The notes: generated by a model from the letters alone, not told the origin. Shown: positions 8,687-18,358, numbered from the stretch's first letter. The stretch: DNA of 25,600 nt from Candidatus Woesebacteria bacterium UBA925 (GCA_002293705.1 DBDT01000033.1:1-25600); one strand, 5' to 3'. A program made the numbers and translations.

Positions 8687-11089
8687 TCATGCCAAAGCAA
8701 GATATTCAGTTTGCTTTGACTTTTTCCCCTCTTTGAATGGGGATTTTACCAAGGCAGTTTTCAATACCTCAGAAACATCTTCAAAAAACATAAACTGTAT
8801 TTCACCTTTTACATTTTCTGGCACCTCTTCCATGTCCTTTTGGTTGTCTTGTGGAAGGAGAATTGTCTTCAGTCCAGCCCTGTGGCCTGCTACCACCTTT
8901 TCTTTCACTCCACCAATTTCAAGTACCCTACCGCGCAGGGTAACCTCACCAGTCATACCCACACTTCTTTTGACTGGTATTCCGGTTAATGCTGAGACCA
9001 AAGCTGTTGTCATTGCAACACCAGCAGATGGTCCATCTTTAGGAGTAGCACCTTCAGGGACGTGAATATGAACATCTGTCTTTTGGAGGATCTTTTCAGA
9101 TAGTCCAAGCTCATGGGCATGAGACTTGGTCCAAGTGAAGGCAGCACGAGCCGACTCCTTCATCACATCGCCCAACTTTCCAGTTAGGGTGAGTCTGCCA
9201 CTTCCAGGCATCAAGGCCACTTCGATGAATAATATCTCTCCCCCAACACCTGTTACCGCCAAGCCTGTTGACATTCCAACTTCGTCAGCTTTTTCTGCAA
9301 TTTGAGAGCTAAACTTGGTTGCACCAAGATATTTTTTGACCTCATCAACTCCAAGTTCAAAGTTGCCCAGCGCCCCCTCTGCCACCTCTCTGGCAATCTT
9401 CCTACAAATGGTTGCCAGGTTTCTCTCAAGCTCTCTAACCCCCGCCTCCCTAGTGTATCTTTTGATGACAAAGTGCAAAGCCTCATCAGCAATTGTGACC
9501 GACCTTGAAGACAGGCCATTTGCTGCAATCTGCTTTTTCCAAAGATATCTTTTTGCAATCTCAAACTTTTCATCTTCAATATATCCGGCAAACTTTATTA
9601 CCTCCATCCTGTCTCGAAGAGGGCCTGGAATTTCTTCCAAAACATTGGCAGTACAAATAAACATAACTTGAGACAAATCAAATGGGACATCCAAGTAGTG
9701 GTCTGCAAACTCCTTGTTCTGCTCTGGGTCTAGAATTTCAAGAAGTGCAGAAGATGGGTCTCCTCTGTAATCCATGCCAAGTTTGTCCACCTCATCAAGC
9801 ATAAAGACAGGGTTTTTTGTACCAGCATCTTTAATACCTTGGATAATTCTTCCAGGTAGTGCTCCTATATATGTTCTTCTGTGCCCTCTTAGCTCAGCCT
9901 CATCCCTTACTCCACCAAGAGAAATTCTTACAAATTCACGACCCAAAGACTTGGCAATTGACCTACCGATAGATGTCTTTCCCACACCTGGAGGACCAAC
10001 AAAACACAAGATGGTAGGGTGGTACTGACTCTCTTTCTTGTCTTCACTCTCATCCTTAAGTTTCATAACAGCCATAAATTCAAGAATTCTCTCTTTGGCC
10101 TTACCTAGTCCATAGTGATCTTGATCCAATATTTCACTGGCTTTGGTTAATGAAACCTCTGACTTTGAAGTTTTGTTCCATGGAACATCACATAGCCACT
10201 CTAGATAATTTCTTACATAACCCATCTCTGGGTTGTGAGGGTTCATGTTTTTCAACTTCTTAAGCTCCTTCATCGCCTTTTCATGAACAAGCTTAGGCAT
10301 CTTGGCTTTTCTAATCTTTCCGACCAATTCAGCTATATCATCCTCATCGTCAAGTTCTTCTCCAAGCTCTTGCTCGATTGTTCTTTTTCGCTCTCTTAAT
10401 ACGGCCTTTCTCATCTGGTCTTCAAATCTCTTTTGTGTTTTGGTTGAGATTGAACGCTCTATATCTAAAACTGACAACTCTTGAGAGAGTAGATCAACAA
10501 CTCTTCTAAGTCTTGATAGAACTGACACTTCCTCCAAAAGTAGCTGCTTGTCTTCAGCCTTAATATCCAAAACTGCTGCAATTGAGTCAACCACTTCCGA
10601 TGGATCAGTCTGAGGCGAGAGAATTCTCATAATTGTAGTAATTTCTACTGGCTTACCCAAGTTAACTGCTTTTCTAAATAGCTCTACAGCTTTTTTGGAA
10701 AGCTCTTCAAGCTCTTCCCCTTCTATATCTATCTCTGAAATTTCGGTCACCTTACCAACCAGGTATGGCTCTCGTGCTACCACCTCAGAAAGCTTTACCC
10801 TTGCCTGACCTCTGACCATCGCGTGAATATCACCATCTGTGCTCATCATTTGAGAAATTACAACTAGTGAGCCAATTTCATATAGGTCTTCAGCTTCAGG
10901 ATCCTGCTGATTGGGGTCTTTTTGAGTAAAAACGGCAACTAGCCTATTTTCTTTGTAGCTGGCTTCAAGGGCAGCAATGCTTTTTGCTCGACCAACTGAA
11001 ACTAGGGTGTCGGTGTGAGGGAAAACAACTGATCCACGAAAAGGAACAATGGGGATTGGCAAGTTGTCAAAAGCTACAGAATTTGTCAT
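8687..11089 (-). CDS. lon: ATP-dependent Lon protease (endopeptidase La)
   Basis: LON N-domain (PFRGSVVFP), Walker A GPPGVGKTS, Walker B FMLDEVDK, catalytic Ser in PKDGPSAG and Lys in GGVKEK; 800 aa. Confidence 0.98.
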   Translation of the reverse strand: MTNSVAFDNLPIPIVPFRGSVVFPHTDTLVSVGRAKSIAALEASYKENRLVAVFTQKDPNQQDPEAEDLYEIGSLVVISQMMSTDGDIHAMVRGQARVKLSEVVAREPYLVGKVTEISEIDIEGEELEELSKKAVELFRKAVNLGKPVEITTIMRILSPQTDPSEVVDSIAAVLDIKAEDKQLLLEEVSVLSRLRRVVDLLSQELSVLDIERSISTKTQKRFEDQMRKAVLRERKRTIEQELGEELDDEDDIAELVGKIRKAKMPKLVHEKAMKELKKLKNMNPHNPEMGYVRNYLEWLCDVPWNKTSKSEVSLTKASEILDQDHYGLGKAKERILEFMAVMKLKDESEDKKESQYHPTILCFVGPPGVGKTSIGRSIAKSLGREFVRISLGGVRDEAELRGHRRTYIGALPGRIIQGIKDAGTKNPVFMLDEVDKLGMDYRGDPSSALLEILDPEQNKEFADHYLDVPFDLSQVMFICTANVLEEIPGPLRDRMEVIKFAGYIEDEKFEIAKRYLWKKQIAANGLSSRSVTIADEALHFVIKRYTREAGVRELERNLATICRKIAREVAEGALGNFELGVDEVKKYLGATKFSSQIAEKADEVGMSTGLAVTGVGGEILFIEVALMPGSGRLTLTGKLGDVMKESARAAFTWTKSHAHELGLSEKILQKTDVHIHVPEGATPKDGPSAGVAMTTALVSALTGIPVKRSVGMTGEVTLRGRVLEIGGVKEKVVAGHRAGLKTILLPQDNQKDMEEVPENVKGEIQFMFFEDVSEVLKTALVKSPFKEGKKSKQTEYLALA

Positions 11090-11123
11090 CGTCTTAGCAG
11101 TCTATTAATATGAGTGCCAAATG

Positions 11124-11588
11124 TCAACCCCTCTTTTTTCTTTTTAGAGAGACTTGGACCTTATATCTATCTACAAACAGCGCAACTGACACTCCAACAA
11201 GCATACCAAAAGCAATATCAGTTGGGTAGTGAACAAGAGCAACCACCCTTCCTAAGGAGAAAATGGTTGCTAAAAACAAAAGAACTCCTCCAATGACCCT
11301 TCTTCGTAAAACAACACTTGTGGCCAGCGCAAATGACAAAGCTGCATGCCCACTTGGAAAACTTGGCAAATAGTCAGCCCCTGCGGCTGAGACCACCTCG
11401 TAAAGCTCATAAGGACGTGGCCTATCAACTAGCTCTTTAAGAACAACAGTAACCAAAAGAGTTACAGCCAATGATGTTAGGCAGTTAAATAGAAGTGTTT
11501 GGTCTTTTTTGTAGGCTAAAAAAAGGATAGTTAGAAAAATAACTAGAAAAACTCCGTATGAGTTTAATATCCAAATAACACTTCCCAT
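11124..11588 (-). CDS. PAP2-family phosphatase (BcrC-like undecaprenyl-diphosphate phosphatase)
   Basis: PAP2 motifs KxxxxRPRP, SFPSGHA and RxxxxxHYPTD, with 4 hydrophobic segments. Confidence 0.9.
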   Translation of the reverse strand: MGSVIWILNSYGVFLVIFLTILFLAYKKDQTLLFNCLTSLAVTLLVTVVLKELVDRPRPYELYEVVSAAGADYLPSFPSGHAALSFALATSVVLRRRVIGGVLLFLATIFSLGRVVALVHYPTDIAFGMLVGVSVALFVDRYKVQVSLKRKKRG

Positions 11589-11590
11589 GC

Positions 11591-11620
11591 AATCATAATA
11601 CAGTGATCTATATAATGATT
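11591..11620. promoter_or_regulatory. Symmetric back-to-back -10 promoters (PAP2 / dgkA)
   Basis: AATCATAATA...TATAATGATT inverted repeat (1 mismatch) gives TATTAT-GATTGC-ATG on minus and TATAAT-GATTTT-ATG on plus within a 34-bp gap. Confidence 0.6.
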
Positions 11621-11622
11621 TT

Positions 11623-11991
11623 ATGAGTAAAAAGAGAGACGTAGTAAGAAGTATTGGCTACGCCATAGATGGGATTAAAGAGGCAACACTAAATGAGCCA
11701 AACATGAAAGTCCATCTTGGTTTTACAATTGCAGTTACTGTTTTTGGTTTTATTTTTTCAATTAGTTCCACAGAATGGCTTTTAATCACTCTTTGTGTTG
11801 CATCTGTATTTATCCTTGAGCTTTTAAATACTGCAATTGAAGCTGTTGTTGACTTGGCTTCCCCCAAAAAACACCCCAAAGCAAAATTGGCAAAAGATGT
11901 TGCAGCTGGCGCAGTTTTGGTTGCTGCAATAGCTTCAGCCATTGTGGGAATTTTCATATTTGCCCCAAAAATCGTGAGTTCTATCTTGTAA
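11623..11991 (+). CDS. dgkA: Diacylglycerol kinase family protein (DgkA/UdpK-like undecaprenol kinase)
   Basis: YAIDGI...EPNMKVH, ELLNTAIEAVVDL, AKLAKDVAAGAVL; 122 aa with 3 TMs. Confidence 0.93.
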   Translation: MSKKRDVVRSIGYAIDGIKEATLNEPNMKVHLGFTIAVTVFGFIFSISSTEWLLITLCVASVFILELLNTAIEAVVDLASPKKHPKAKLAKDVAAGAVLVAAIASAIVGIFIFAPKIVSSIL

Positions 11992-12730
11992 AAAATAGTA
12001 CGATAGCGGCCAAAAGGAAGCAGTAGTAACCAAAGTATTTAAATTTCTTTGAAGTTAAAAGTTTCATTAGTATCCCTATGGAAAAGTATCCAACAATGAA
12101 AGCTGAGAAAAAGCCAGCGATGTAGTTTGGAGAGAGCAACAAAGATCGATCTGGTAAATCTAAATATGATAGTAGGTTGGCTCCAAGTATTGCTGGAATA
12201 GACATAAGAAAGCTGAACTTGGCAACCTGTTTTCTGTCCACTCCTGTCAAAAGACCGGCAAAGATGGTGGCTCCTGACCTTGATATGCCCGGGGAGATTG
12301 CAATTGCTTGCCCCAAACCCATAACTACAGCCTCCCAGACTCCAACTTTTCCAGACCTAACTCTAAGCTTGTCAATTAAAACACACAGAAATCCAGTTAG
12401 AATCAGCTCAAAGGCAACATATCTCACACTTTGGAATAAAAGCTCAAATACATCTTTTAAAAGTAGTCCAACCACAACCGCAGGAATTGTTGCAATCCCC
12501 AGAAGAAAGATGTCTTTGAGCTTAAATGAAATAATGTCTCTTCTGAAGTAAATCAAAACGGCCAAAAGTGTTCCCAGGTGCAAAAGGATATCAAAACTAA
12601 CACCGATTTCAGAAAACCCCGGAAGAAGGCTTTTGACTATAACCAGGTGGGCCGAGGAGCTGACTGGCAAAAACTCAGTTAAGCCTTGGACCGCTCCAAC
12701 TAATGCTGAAAAAAATAAATTCTCACTCAT
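11981..12730 (-). CDS. uppP: Undecaprenyl-diphosphate phosphatase (BacA/UppP)
   Basis: QGLTEFLPVSSSAHL, HLGTLLAV, PGISRSGATI, FSFLMSIPAI. Confidence 0.95.
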   Translation of the reverse strand: MSENLFFSALVGAVQGLTEFLPVSSSAHLVIVKSLLPGFSEIGVSFDILLHLGTLLAVLIYFRRDIISFKLKDIFLLGIATIPAVVVGLLLKDVFELLFQSVRYVAFELILTGFLCVLIDKLRVRSGKVGVWEAVVMGLGQAIAISPGISRSGATIFAGLLTGVDRKQVAKFSFLMSIPAILGANLLSYLDLPDRSLLLSPNYIAGFFSAFIVGYFSIGILMKLLTSKKFKYFGYYCFLLAAIVLFFTR

Positions 12731-13385
12731 TTGATAGATTTATATTACTCTCCTTCAACTCCTCAAGTGTTTTGGCGTCATCAATTGAGTAGTCTCCTAT
12801 TTTAGTCCTACGAAGAGCAGAAAGATGGCCACATGTTCCAAGCTTTGCAGAAATATCTCGACCCAAAGACCTAATGTATGTTCCCGCACTTACACCCACC
12901 TTGAATTCAATCTCATCTTTTTTCATCTGCAAAAGCTTAATTGAATGGATTGTGATTTTGCGCTCTTTAATCTCCACTTTTTGGCCATCACGAGCAAGCT
13001 CGTAAGCCTTTTTGCCTGAAAGCTTAATAGCAGAGTAAGCTGGTGGAACCTGCATACCCTCACCCAAAAAACTATTCAGAACTTCTTCAACCTGACTCTC
13101 AGTAAGAGCCGGGACATCGCAGGATTTAACCACTTTGCCTTCTGCATCTAGGGTGTCAGTTTCGCTGCCAAGCTTTAGTGTGGCAATGTACTCCTTGGTT
13201 GTTCCAGTTGTAAGCTCTCCAAGTAGTTTGGTTGACTGCCTCCCAACTCCAACTATCAGTAGGCCTGTAGCCATGGGGTCTAGTGTTCCAGCATGACCCA
13301 CTCTTTTTTCTCCAGTAATCCTTCTGACTCTGTCCACCACATCGTGGCTGGTAATACCCTGAGGCTTGTCTATTAATAGAAGCAT
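12723..13385 (-). CDS. truB: tRNA pseudouridine(55) synthase, short form lacking the C-terminal PUA domain
   Basis: DKPQGITSHDVV, VGHAGTLDPMATG (catalytic Asp), QVPPAYSAIK, GTYIRSL, LRRTKIG; 220 aa. Confidence 0.95.
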   Translation of the reverse strand: MLLLIDKPQGITSHDVVDRVRRITGEKRVGHAGTLDPMATGLLIVGVGRQSTKLLGELTTGTTKEYIATLKLGSETDTLDAEGKVVKSCDVPALTESQVEEVLNSFLGEGMQVPPAYSAIKLSGKKAYELARDGQKVEIKERKITIHSIKLLQMKKDEIEFKVGVSAGTYIRSLGRDISAKLGTCGHLSALRRTKIGDYSIDDAKTLEELKESNINLSNE

Positions 13386-13413
13386 TCAGTAGTTTAACAA
13401 ATGCAGGCTAAAT

Positions 13414-14034
13414 TTACTTAGTGCCAAGATAGCCTCTGGCTTTTTGAAGATTTTCCTCGACCTGTTTCCAATTTAGTACATGCCAAAAGGCATCAACGTA
13501 GTCTGCTCTTCTATTTTGATATTTAAGGTAATATGCATGCTCCCACACATCAAGACCAAGTATTGCATCTTTTTTCTCCATCCATGGGGTGTCCTGATTA
13601 GGAGTTGTGCTGATAGAGAGGGTGTTTTCATCCGTAAGTACTAGCCATGCCCAGCCGCTGCCAAAGCGAGATAATGCAGCCTCTTTAAATTTTGTCTTAA
13701 AAGTTTCCAAGTCACCAAAATTGCTAATCAATAGTGAATTGGTTTTCTCAAGAGGGGTTTGATCAAACTCAGGTGTAAGTAATTTCCAGAAGAATGTGTG
13801 GTTTGCGTGTCCACCACCATTATTTCTTACCTTAAGTCTAATTTCTTCTGGGATTGATTCTAGGTTGGTAAGTAGTTCCCAAACCTCTTTGTTTTGCAGT
13901 TCAGGAAACCCTTCAATCGCCTTGTTTAGATTATCAACATATGCCTGATGATGCTTATCATGGTGGATTTGCATGGTGAGACTGTCAATGTAGGGCTCGA
14001 GAGAGATTCCAGCTAAAGTATTTAAGGTATGCAT
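13414..14034 (-). CDS. sodA: Fe/Mn superoxide dismutase (Mn-type signature)
   Basis: [35 protein letters not shown]. Confidence 0.95.
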   Translation of the reverse strand: MHTLNTLAGISLEPYIDSLTMQIHHDKHHQAYVDNLNKAIEGFPELQNKEVWELLTNLESIPEEIRLKVRNNGGGHANHTFFWKLLTPEFDQTPLEKTNSLLISNFGDLETFKTKFKEAALSRFGSGWAWLVLTDENTLSISTTPNQDTPWMEKKDAILGLDVWEHAYYLKYQNRRADYVDAFWHVLNWKQVEENLQKARGYLGTK

Positions 14035-14072
14035 TTGATTGTAAAACTATATTCGGAGAATAACTACCACAC

Positions 14073-14357
14073 TCAAACACTGACTTGATCCTTCTTGGGA
14101 TTCAATCTACCAGACAAACCAGTTCCTGGACTAGAAAAAGCATTCATTGCCATCTTTTTTTTATTGACTTCTGCTTCCCGATTCGCAACAATGTCTGCAA
14201 GTGCCCTCTCTGCTGCCATTTGCTTCTCATGGGCCAATTTTTCAGTCTCACTTAGGGTCTCACCTGTTCTCATCTTTTCTGCTGCAGACTGGAAAGGGTC
14301 ACCACTTCTTGTGGTAAACTCTTGTTCTCTTCCTTCTGTTTCTTCCATTTTGTTCAT
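14073..14357 (-). CDS. Small charged hypothetical protein
   Basis: 94-aa E/K-rich helical ORF that fills the gap in the same orientation as its neighbours; TACTAT just upstream. Confidence 0.6.
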   Translation of the reverse strand: MNKMEETEGREQEFTTRSGDPFQSAAEKMRTGETLSETEKLAHEKQMAAERALADIVANREAEVNKKKMAMNAFSSPGTGLSGRLNPKKDQVSV

Positions 14358-14376
14358 TGTATAGTAATTTCACTAT

Positions 14377-15366
14377 ATGTTCAAACTTATTATTCGTCAA
14401 CTTATTGCTATCCATACTCTTGCGTTCTTAGTTTTTATTCTAGGTATACTTACAGGCGATGTTTATGCTTCAAATAAGTTTGGGATACATGTACTCACTG
14501 AATCAGAATTCCCTGTGGCTTCAAACCTTGTAAACAGTGATGGCAGGGAATGGGGGCATGTCACCTTTGTCATACGCGAAGATGAGATGGACAAGGCCAG
14601 GTGGACACAGGCATTTCAAAAACTTTCTGAATACAAACTCACTCCAATAGTAAGAATTGCAACTAAACAAGTAGGCGGTATGTGGGAGAGACCAACCAGT
14701 GAAATGGCGCCTGTCTGGGCTGAGTTTTTAAACTCACTACCATGGCCCAACAAAAAACGAATAGTAAGTCTTTGGAATGAGCCAAACCACGCCAAAGAAT
14801 GGGGTGGAGTAATTGATCCAGCTGGGTACGCTCGGCTTTCAAGAAGATACTGGGAGGAGCTGAAAAAAGCTTCCTTTGATTTCTATGTTCTTCCAGCAGG
14901 ATTTGATGCCGCAGCCCCGAATGGAAGAGCTACTATGAACTCAAAAGATTACTTTGACCAAATGAGTGAGCATGATCCTTTAATCTTTACTCTCTTTGAT
15001 GGTTGGGCAAGCCACAGTTATCCAAATCCTGGTTTTTCAGGCTCTCCAAGTGATAATGGAAAAATGAGCATTCGAGGGTTTGAATGGGAGCTTGACTACC
15101 TTAGAAAGTACCACCTGTCAGACAATATTTCGGTTTACATAAAAGAGACAGGTTGGGCAAATGATGGAAACGACCAAGAAAAGATTGCAGATTACTACAA
15201 GCAGGCGTTTTCAGAAGCATGGAGTCACCCTCAGGTAGTTGCCGTTACCCCTTTCATACTTAAGTATGACAGCGCTCCTTTTGATCAGTTCAGCTGGATT
15301 ATTCCAAAAACAAATATTTTGTATCCTTACGGACGAGTGATGGGAGCAACCGATGAAGAAAGTTAG
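14377..15366 (+). CDS. Secreted clan GH-A glycoside hydrolase (GH5/GH39-like)
   Basis: Signal peptide ending VYA|SNKFGIH, acid/base motif LWNEPN, WASHSYP, nucleophile motif YIKETGW. Confidence 0.8.
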   Translation: MFKLIIRQLIAIHTLAFLVFILGILTGDVYASNKFGIHVLTESEFPVASNLVNSDGREWGHVTFVIREDEMDKARWTQAFQKLSEYKLTPIVRIATKQVGGMWERPTSEMAPVWAEFLNSLPWPNKKRIVSLWNEPNHAKEWGGVIDPAGYARLSRRYWEELKKASFDFYVLPAGFDAAAPNGRATMNSKDYFDQMSEHDPLIFTLFDGWASHSYPNPGFSGSPSDNGKMSIRGFEWELDYLRKYHLSDNISVYIKETGWANDGNDQEKIADYYKQAFSEAWSHPQVVAVTPFILKYDSAPFDQFSWIIPKTNILYPYGRVMGATDEES

Positions 15367-16127
15367 TAAGTAACTAACTCGTTAATTTTAGCTTTTGCTC
15401 TGAGTCCTTCAACCATAGTATTAAACTCAGTTGAAAGTTTTTGCTGTGTTAGCTGGTCTTTTACTTCAGCTTTTTGATCTTCTTCACTCATCCCCTCAGG
15501 AAGTGAACTTGCGTTGTTTTTGATGTATTCGGCTATCTCTTGATCGCTTACTGTCACTTTGTCGGAAAGAATCTTCTCTGCTGCTTTAGCTACTACAATC
15601 TGCTTTCTAAGGTCTTCCATAGTCATCCCCTGGAAGGTAAGTAGTGTTGCTAGGTCTTGTCCACTAGCTTTTACTCTTTCCTCTATCTTTTTAATCTCAT
15701 CTTGGATTTCGGTTTCTGAAACTGACATATTTTTGCTCCTCAACTCTTGCAAAACTAGCTTTTCGGTAATTATTGAGTCCAAAGCTTGCCTACCAAATCT
15801 CTTTTCAATCTCCCCTACTACCTCTAGCCTACTAATTGGCTCACCATTAACAGTTGCTGCAACCAAAAGCCCTCTATTGATGTAAAGAAGTGCTACAACT
15901 GCAGAAAAGCCAGCAACTATTGCGATTTTGGTTTTAAGAGACATTTTCTTGGCAGCCATCTCAGGGGTAGACACCTCAACTTTAGGTTCAACAACCATAT
16001 TGGCCACATTAACTGAAGTTGATGACTTTTTGTTTTTCACTGGAGACTTGACTGCTTTTGCGGATTTTTTAACAGAAGACTTGGCGACCTCTTTTTTGCT
16101 TTCAACTGATTTCTTTTTTGCTGCCAT
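15363..16127 (-). CDS. SurA N-terminal-domain / PrsA-like membrane-anchored chaperone without a parvulin domain
   Basis: Lys-rich N-terminus, one TM, AATVNGEPISRLEV, ALDSIITEKLVLQE, VSETEI, VTVSDQEIAEY, LRAKAKI; no HIL/parvulin motifs. Confidence 0.8.
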   Translation of the reverse strand: MAAKKKSVESKKEVAKSSVKKSAKAVKSPVKNKKSSTSVNVANMVVEPKVEVSTPEMAAKKMSLKTKIAIVAGFSAVVALLYINRGLLVAATVNGEPISRLEVVGEIEKRFGRQALDSIITEKLVLQELRSKNMSVSETEIQDEIKKIEERVKASGQDLATLLTFQGMTMEDLRKQIVVAKAAEKILSDKVTVSDQEIAEYIKNNASSLPEGMSEEDQKAEVKDQLTQQKLSTEFNTMVEGLRAKAKINELVTY

Positions 16128-16152
16128 ACGACAATCGAGTATAGTGTAGAAA

Positions 16153-16854
16153 ATGGGTCAAGTAAATACATCCAGTTCATGGCAAAAGGCCAAAGTGGTT
16201 AATACAGTTCAAATAGCCTCAAAAATTAAGGAGGTAGCACTTGAATTACCAGAAAAATTCACCTTCACCCCGGGCCAATACATCAAAGCTAAAATTCATA
16301 TTGGTGACCAAAACATCGAAAGATATTATTCAGTCAGTGCAGCTATTGGAGATAACATACTTAAAATTGCAGTAGAGAAAATTAAAGGAGGAATACTAAG
16401 TGATTTTATCCACAAACTTAAAATAGGGGAAACAATAGCAGTCAAAGGTCCAGCTGGAAAACATTTTATTCTAAATAGACCCAATAGTTTGTTTATATCA
16501 GGAGGGATTGGTATTGCCCCTTTCATGTCAATTGATGAAAAGGTTGCAGAGAGTTCACTTTTTCTTGCAAGTTTCAGGCTTATGAAGGAAATCCCTTGGA
16601 GTGAAAAACTTGGCTGTTGCGACAACGTAAAGTTGTTTGTTACAAGAGAGAAAAACTTAACTACAAGCAATCATGGTGGATTCATACCAAGAAGAATGAA
16701 TATTGCAGACATAAAAGATGCTGTTTTGAAACTTGGGGCGGCTGGGGTATCAATTTACATATGTGGAAGTACAAGCTTTGTTGAAAGTATAAAAACAGAG
16801 ATTGCAGATGCAGAACTTACTGAACTTGAAGTCTTTACCGAAATGTTTGGTTAA
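16153..16854 (+). CDS. FAD/NAD(P)-binding oxidoreductase (ferredoxin-NADP reductase-like)
   Basis: FTPGQY, RYYS, GPAG, ISGGIGIAPFMS, YICGS and terminal EMF; no 2Fe-2S domain. Confidence 0.88.
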   Translation: MGQVNTSSSWQKAKVVNTVQIASKIKEVALELPEKFTFTPGQYIKAKIHIGDQNIERYYSVSAAIGDNILKIAVEKIKGGILSDFIHKLKIGETIAVKGPAGKHFILNRPNSLFISGGIGIAPFMSIDEKVAESSLFLASFRLMKEIPWSEKLGCCDNVKLFVTREKNLTTSNHGGFIPRRMNIADIKDAVLKLGAAGVSIYICGSTSFVESIKTEIADAELTELEVFTEMFG

Positions 16855-17609
16855 CGCTTGTCAAAGTAGAGAGTGACAACAGAAGTGATAGTCTGAGTTC
16901 CTGCTGACAAATCAGCTGCACCACCTGCTGCTGGTACTGAAAGAGCTGCTTTTTCGTAGGCATACATTGGCATTGGGGAGATTACCCCAGGGCTTGATTC
17001 AACAACATTTGTAACAGAACCTAATCTGATTCCAAGACTGTCTGCAATCTTCTTTGCTTGTTCACGAGCGTTAGCAATAGCTTTGTCTCTTGCTTCTGCT
17101 CTGTATTTTTCTGGTGAATCTACAACAAACCTAGTGCCAAGAATTTGATTAGCACCTTCTTTGGTTGCAGTGTCTACTATCTTTGAGGCCAAACTAATAT
17201 CGGTTGTTTTTACTGAAATGTTGATGTTTCCATTGTATCCATTAGGAGTGTTCCTGCCATCAGTCCAGTCGTAGCTTGGAAATACTGAGAAGTTTGTTGT
17301 TTTGATATCTTCTTCTTTAACACCCAAAGCTTTGATGGCTGCAATAAGCTGATTGTTTCTTTCTGAAATTCTTTTTTGAGCATCATCAGCAGTTGGGGCC
17401 TTCTCAACTGAAATGCCAAGCTCAACATAAGCTGTATCTGGAGTGACATCGACTTTACCCTCACCTACAACTGATAGTTCAGTTGAAGTCTGGGATGTTG
17501 TGACAGTAATCGGAAGAGAGAGATTAAATGCTCTAATGGCCCAAAAGCCAAGAAGGACAAAGACTAAAACCAATACGTACTTTGCATAGCTAGACTTAAC
17601 TAAATTCAT
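16851..17609 (-). CDS. SIMPL domain (DUF541) protein
   Basis: N-terminal TM, LSVVGEGKVDVTPDTAYVELGI, ARDKAIANAREQAKKIADSLGIRLG, TQTITSVVTLYF. Confidence 0.92.
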   Translation of the reverse strand: MNLVKSSYAKYVLVLVFVLLGFWAIRAFNLSLPITVTTSQTSTELSVVGEGKVDVTPDTAYVELGISVEKAPTADDAQKRISERNNQLIAAIKALGVKEEDIKTTNFSVFPSYDWTDGRNTPNGYNGNINISVKTTDISLASKIVDTATKEGANQILGTRFVVDSPEKYRAEARDKAIANAREQAKKIADSLGIRLGSVTNVVESSPGVISPMPMYAYEKAALSVPAAGGAADLSAGTQTITSVVTLYFDKR

Positions 17610-17615
17610 AAACTA

Positions 17616-17644
17616 ACAATACAATAGCCCAAAGAGTTTTTCAA
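17616..17644 (-). promoter_or_regulatory. Sigma70-type promoter of the SIMPL gene (probably leaderless)
   Basis: TTGAAA (17644-17639), 17-nt spacer, TATTGT (17621-17616), 6 nt, then ATG 17609. Confidence 0.55.
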
Positions 17645-17691
17645 TAATATGGCCTGGAAAACATAAGCCCTTGGTGATATATTCCAAGTTA

Positions 17692-18018
17692 ATGAGACTA
17701 CAAATAGTTGGAGACGGAATCGAGATTGATGACAGGATAAAAACAATTATTGACGAGAAGTTTGTTTACGAAATTGACAAGCTATTGCCTCAGATGGATG
17801 AGGATTTAAAAACTGGAACTCTTAGGCTCACCAAAGAAACCCATCACGACAAAAAATATCGACTTATCTTCAACATGGATCTTCCGGGACAAGGTGGGGT
17901 GATATTTTCTGAAGAGAGTGGCGAGGACATGTTAAATGTTCTTATTGCACTCAAGAAAGAAGTTTCAAGGCAAATCAAAGACTACAAAGAAGAGAGAGAA
18001 GACGCACGAAAAAGCTAA
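17692..18018 (+). CDS. hpf: Ribosome hibernation factor HPF/RaiA family, short form
   Basis: MRLQIVGDGIEIDDRIKTIIDEKF...KLL...LPG...SEESGEDM...LKKEVSRQIKDYKE fits the S30AE/HPF pattern. Start moved to ATG 17692 after TGaTATATT. Confidence 0.75.
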   Translation: MRLQIVGDGIEIDDRIKTIIDEKFVYEIDKLLPQMDEDLKTGTLRLTKETHHDKKYRLIFNMDLPGQGGVIFSEESGEDMLNVLIALKKEVSRQIKDYKEEREDARKS

Positions 18019-18054
18019 GGTCTGAATTGAGGTATCAAGCATAGGAGGTAGTGA

Positions 18055-18342
18055 ATGTATACACTGATTGTTTTCGTAGTAATACTTGTCACAAACAGTT
18101 TTATCGCAGGCTTAGCCATTTACACCAAGAGCAAGGGGCCAAGATGGCTCGAGCTGTTACTGTCAATTGTCTATGGACTGCTAAACCTGCTCTCCTTTTG
18201 GTCGCTTGCCCTACTAGTTAGGCTAGATTTTGGAAATTTTGATGAAGTACTAGCTTGTGGTCTGTCGGTTGTGATGACTTTAGTTTTAATCGCAGTGTCT
18301 TGCGAGATAGGTGTTCTCATATCAAAAACCCTTAAGGGTTGA
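18055..18342 (+). CDS. Small membrane protein (about 3 TMs), unknown function
   Basis: Strong SD AGGAGGT at 18043-18049; 95-aa hydrophobic ORF. Confidence 0.7.
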   Translation: MYTLIVFVVILVTNSFIAGLAIYTKSKGPRWLELLLSIVYGLLNLLSFWSLALLVRLDFGNFDEVLACGLSVVMTLVLIAVSCEIGVLISKTLKG

Positions 18343-18358
18343 TGGCAAGCATCAATTT

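Noticed and set aside
8733-10484. Numerous 60-120 aa ORFs antisense to lon (similar ones oppose typA, uppP, SurA-N and the giant GH)
   Set aside because: They are shadow ORFs on the opposite strand of well-supported genes, with no motifs or initiation signals.
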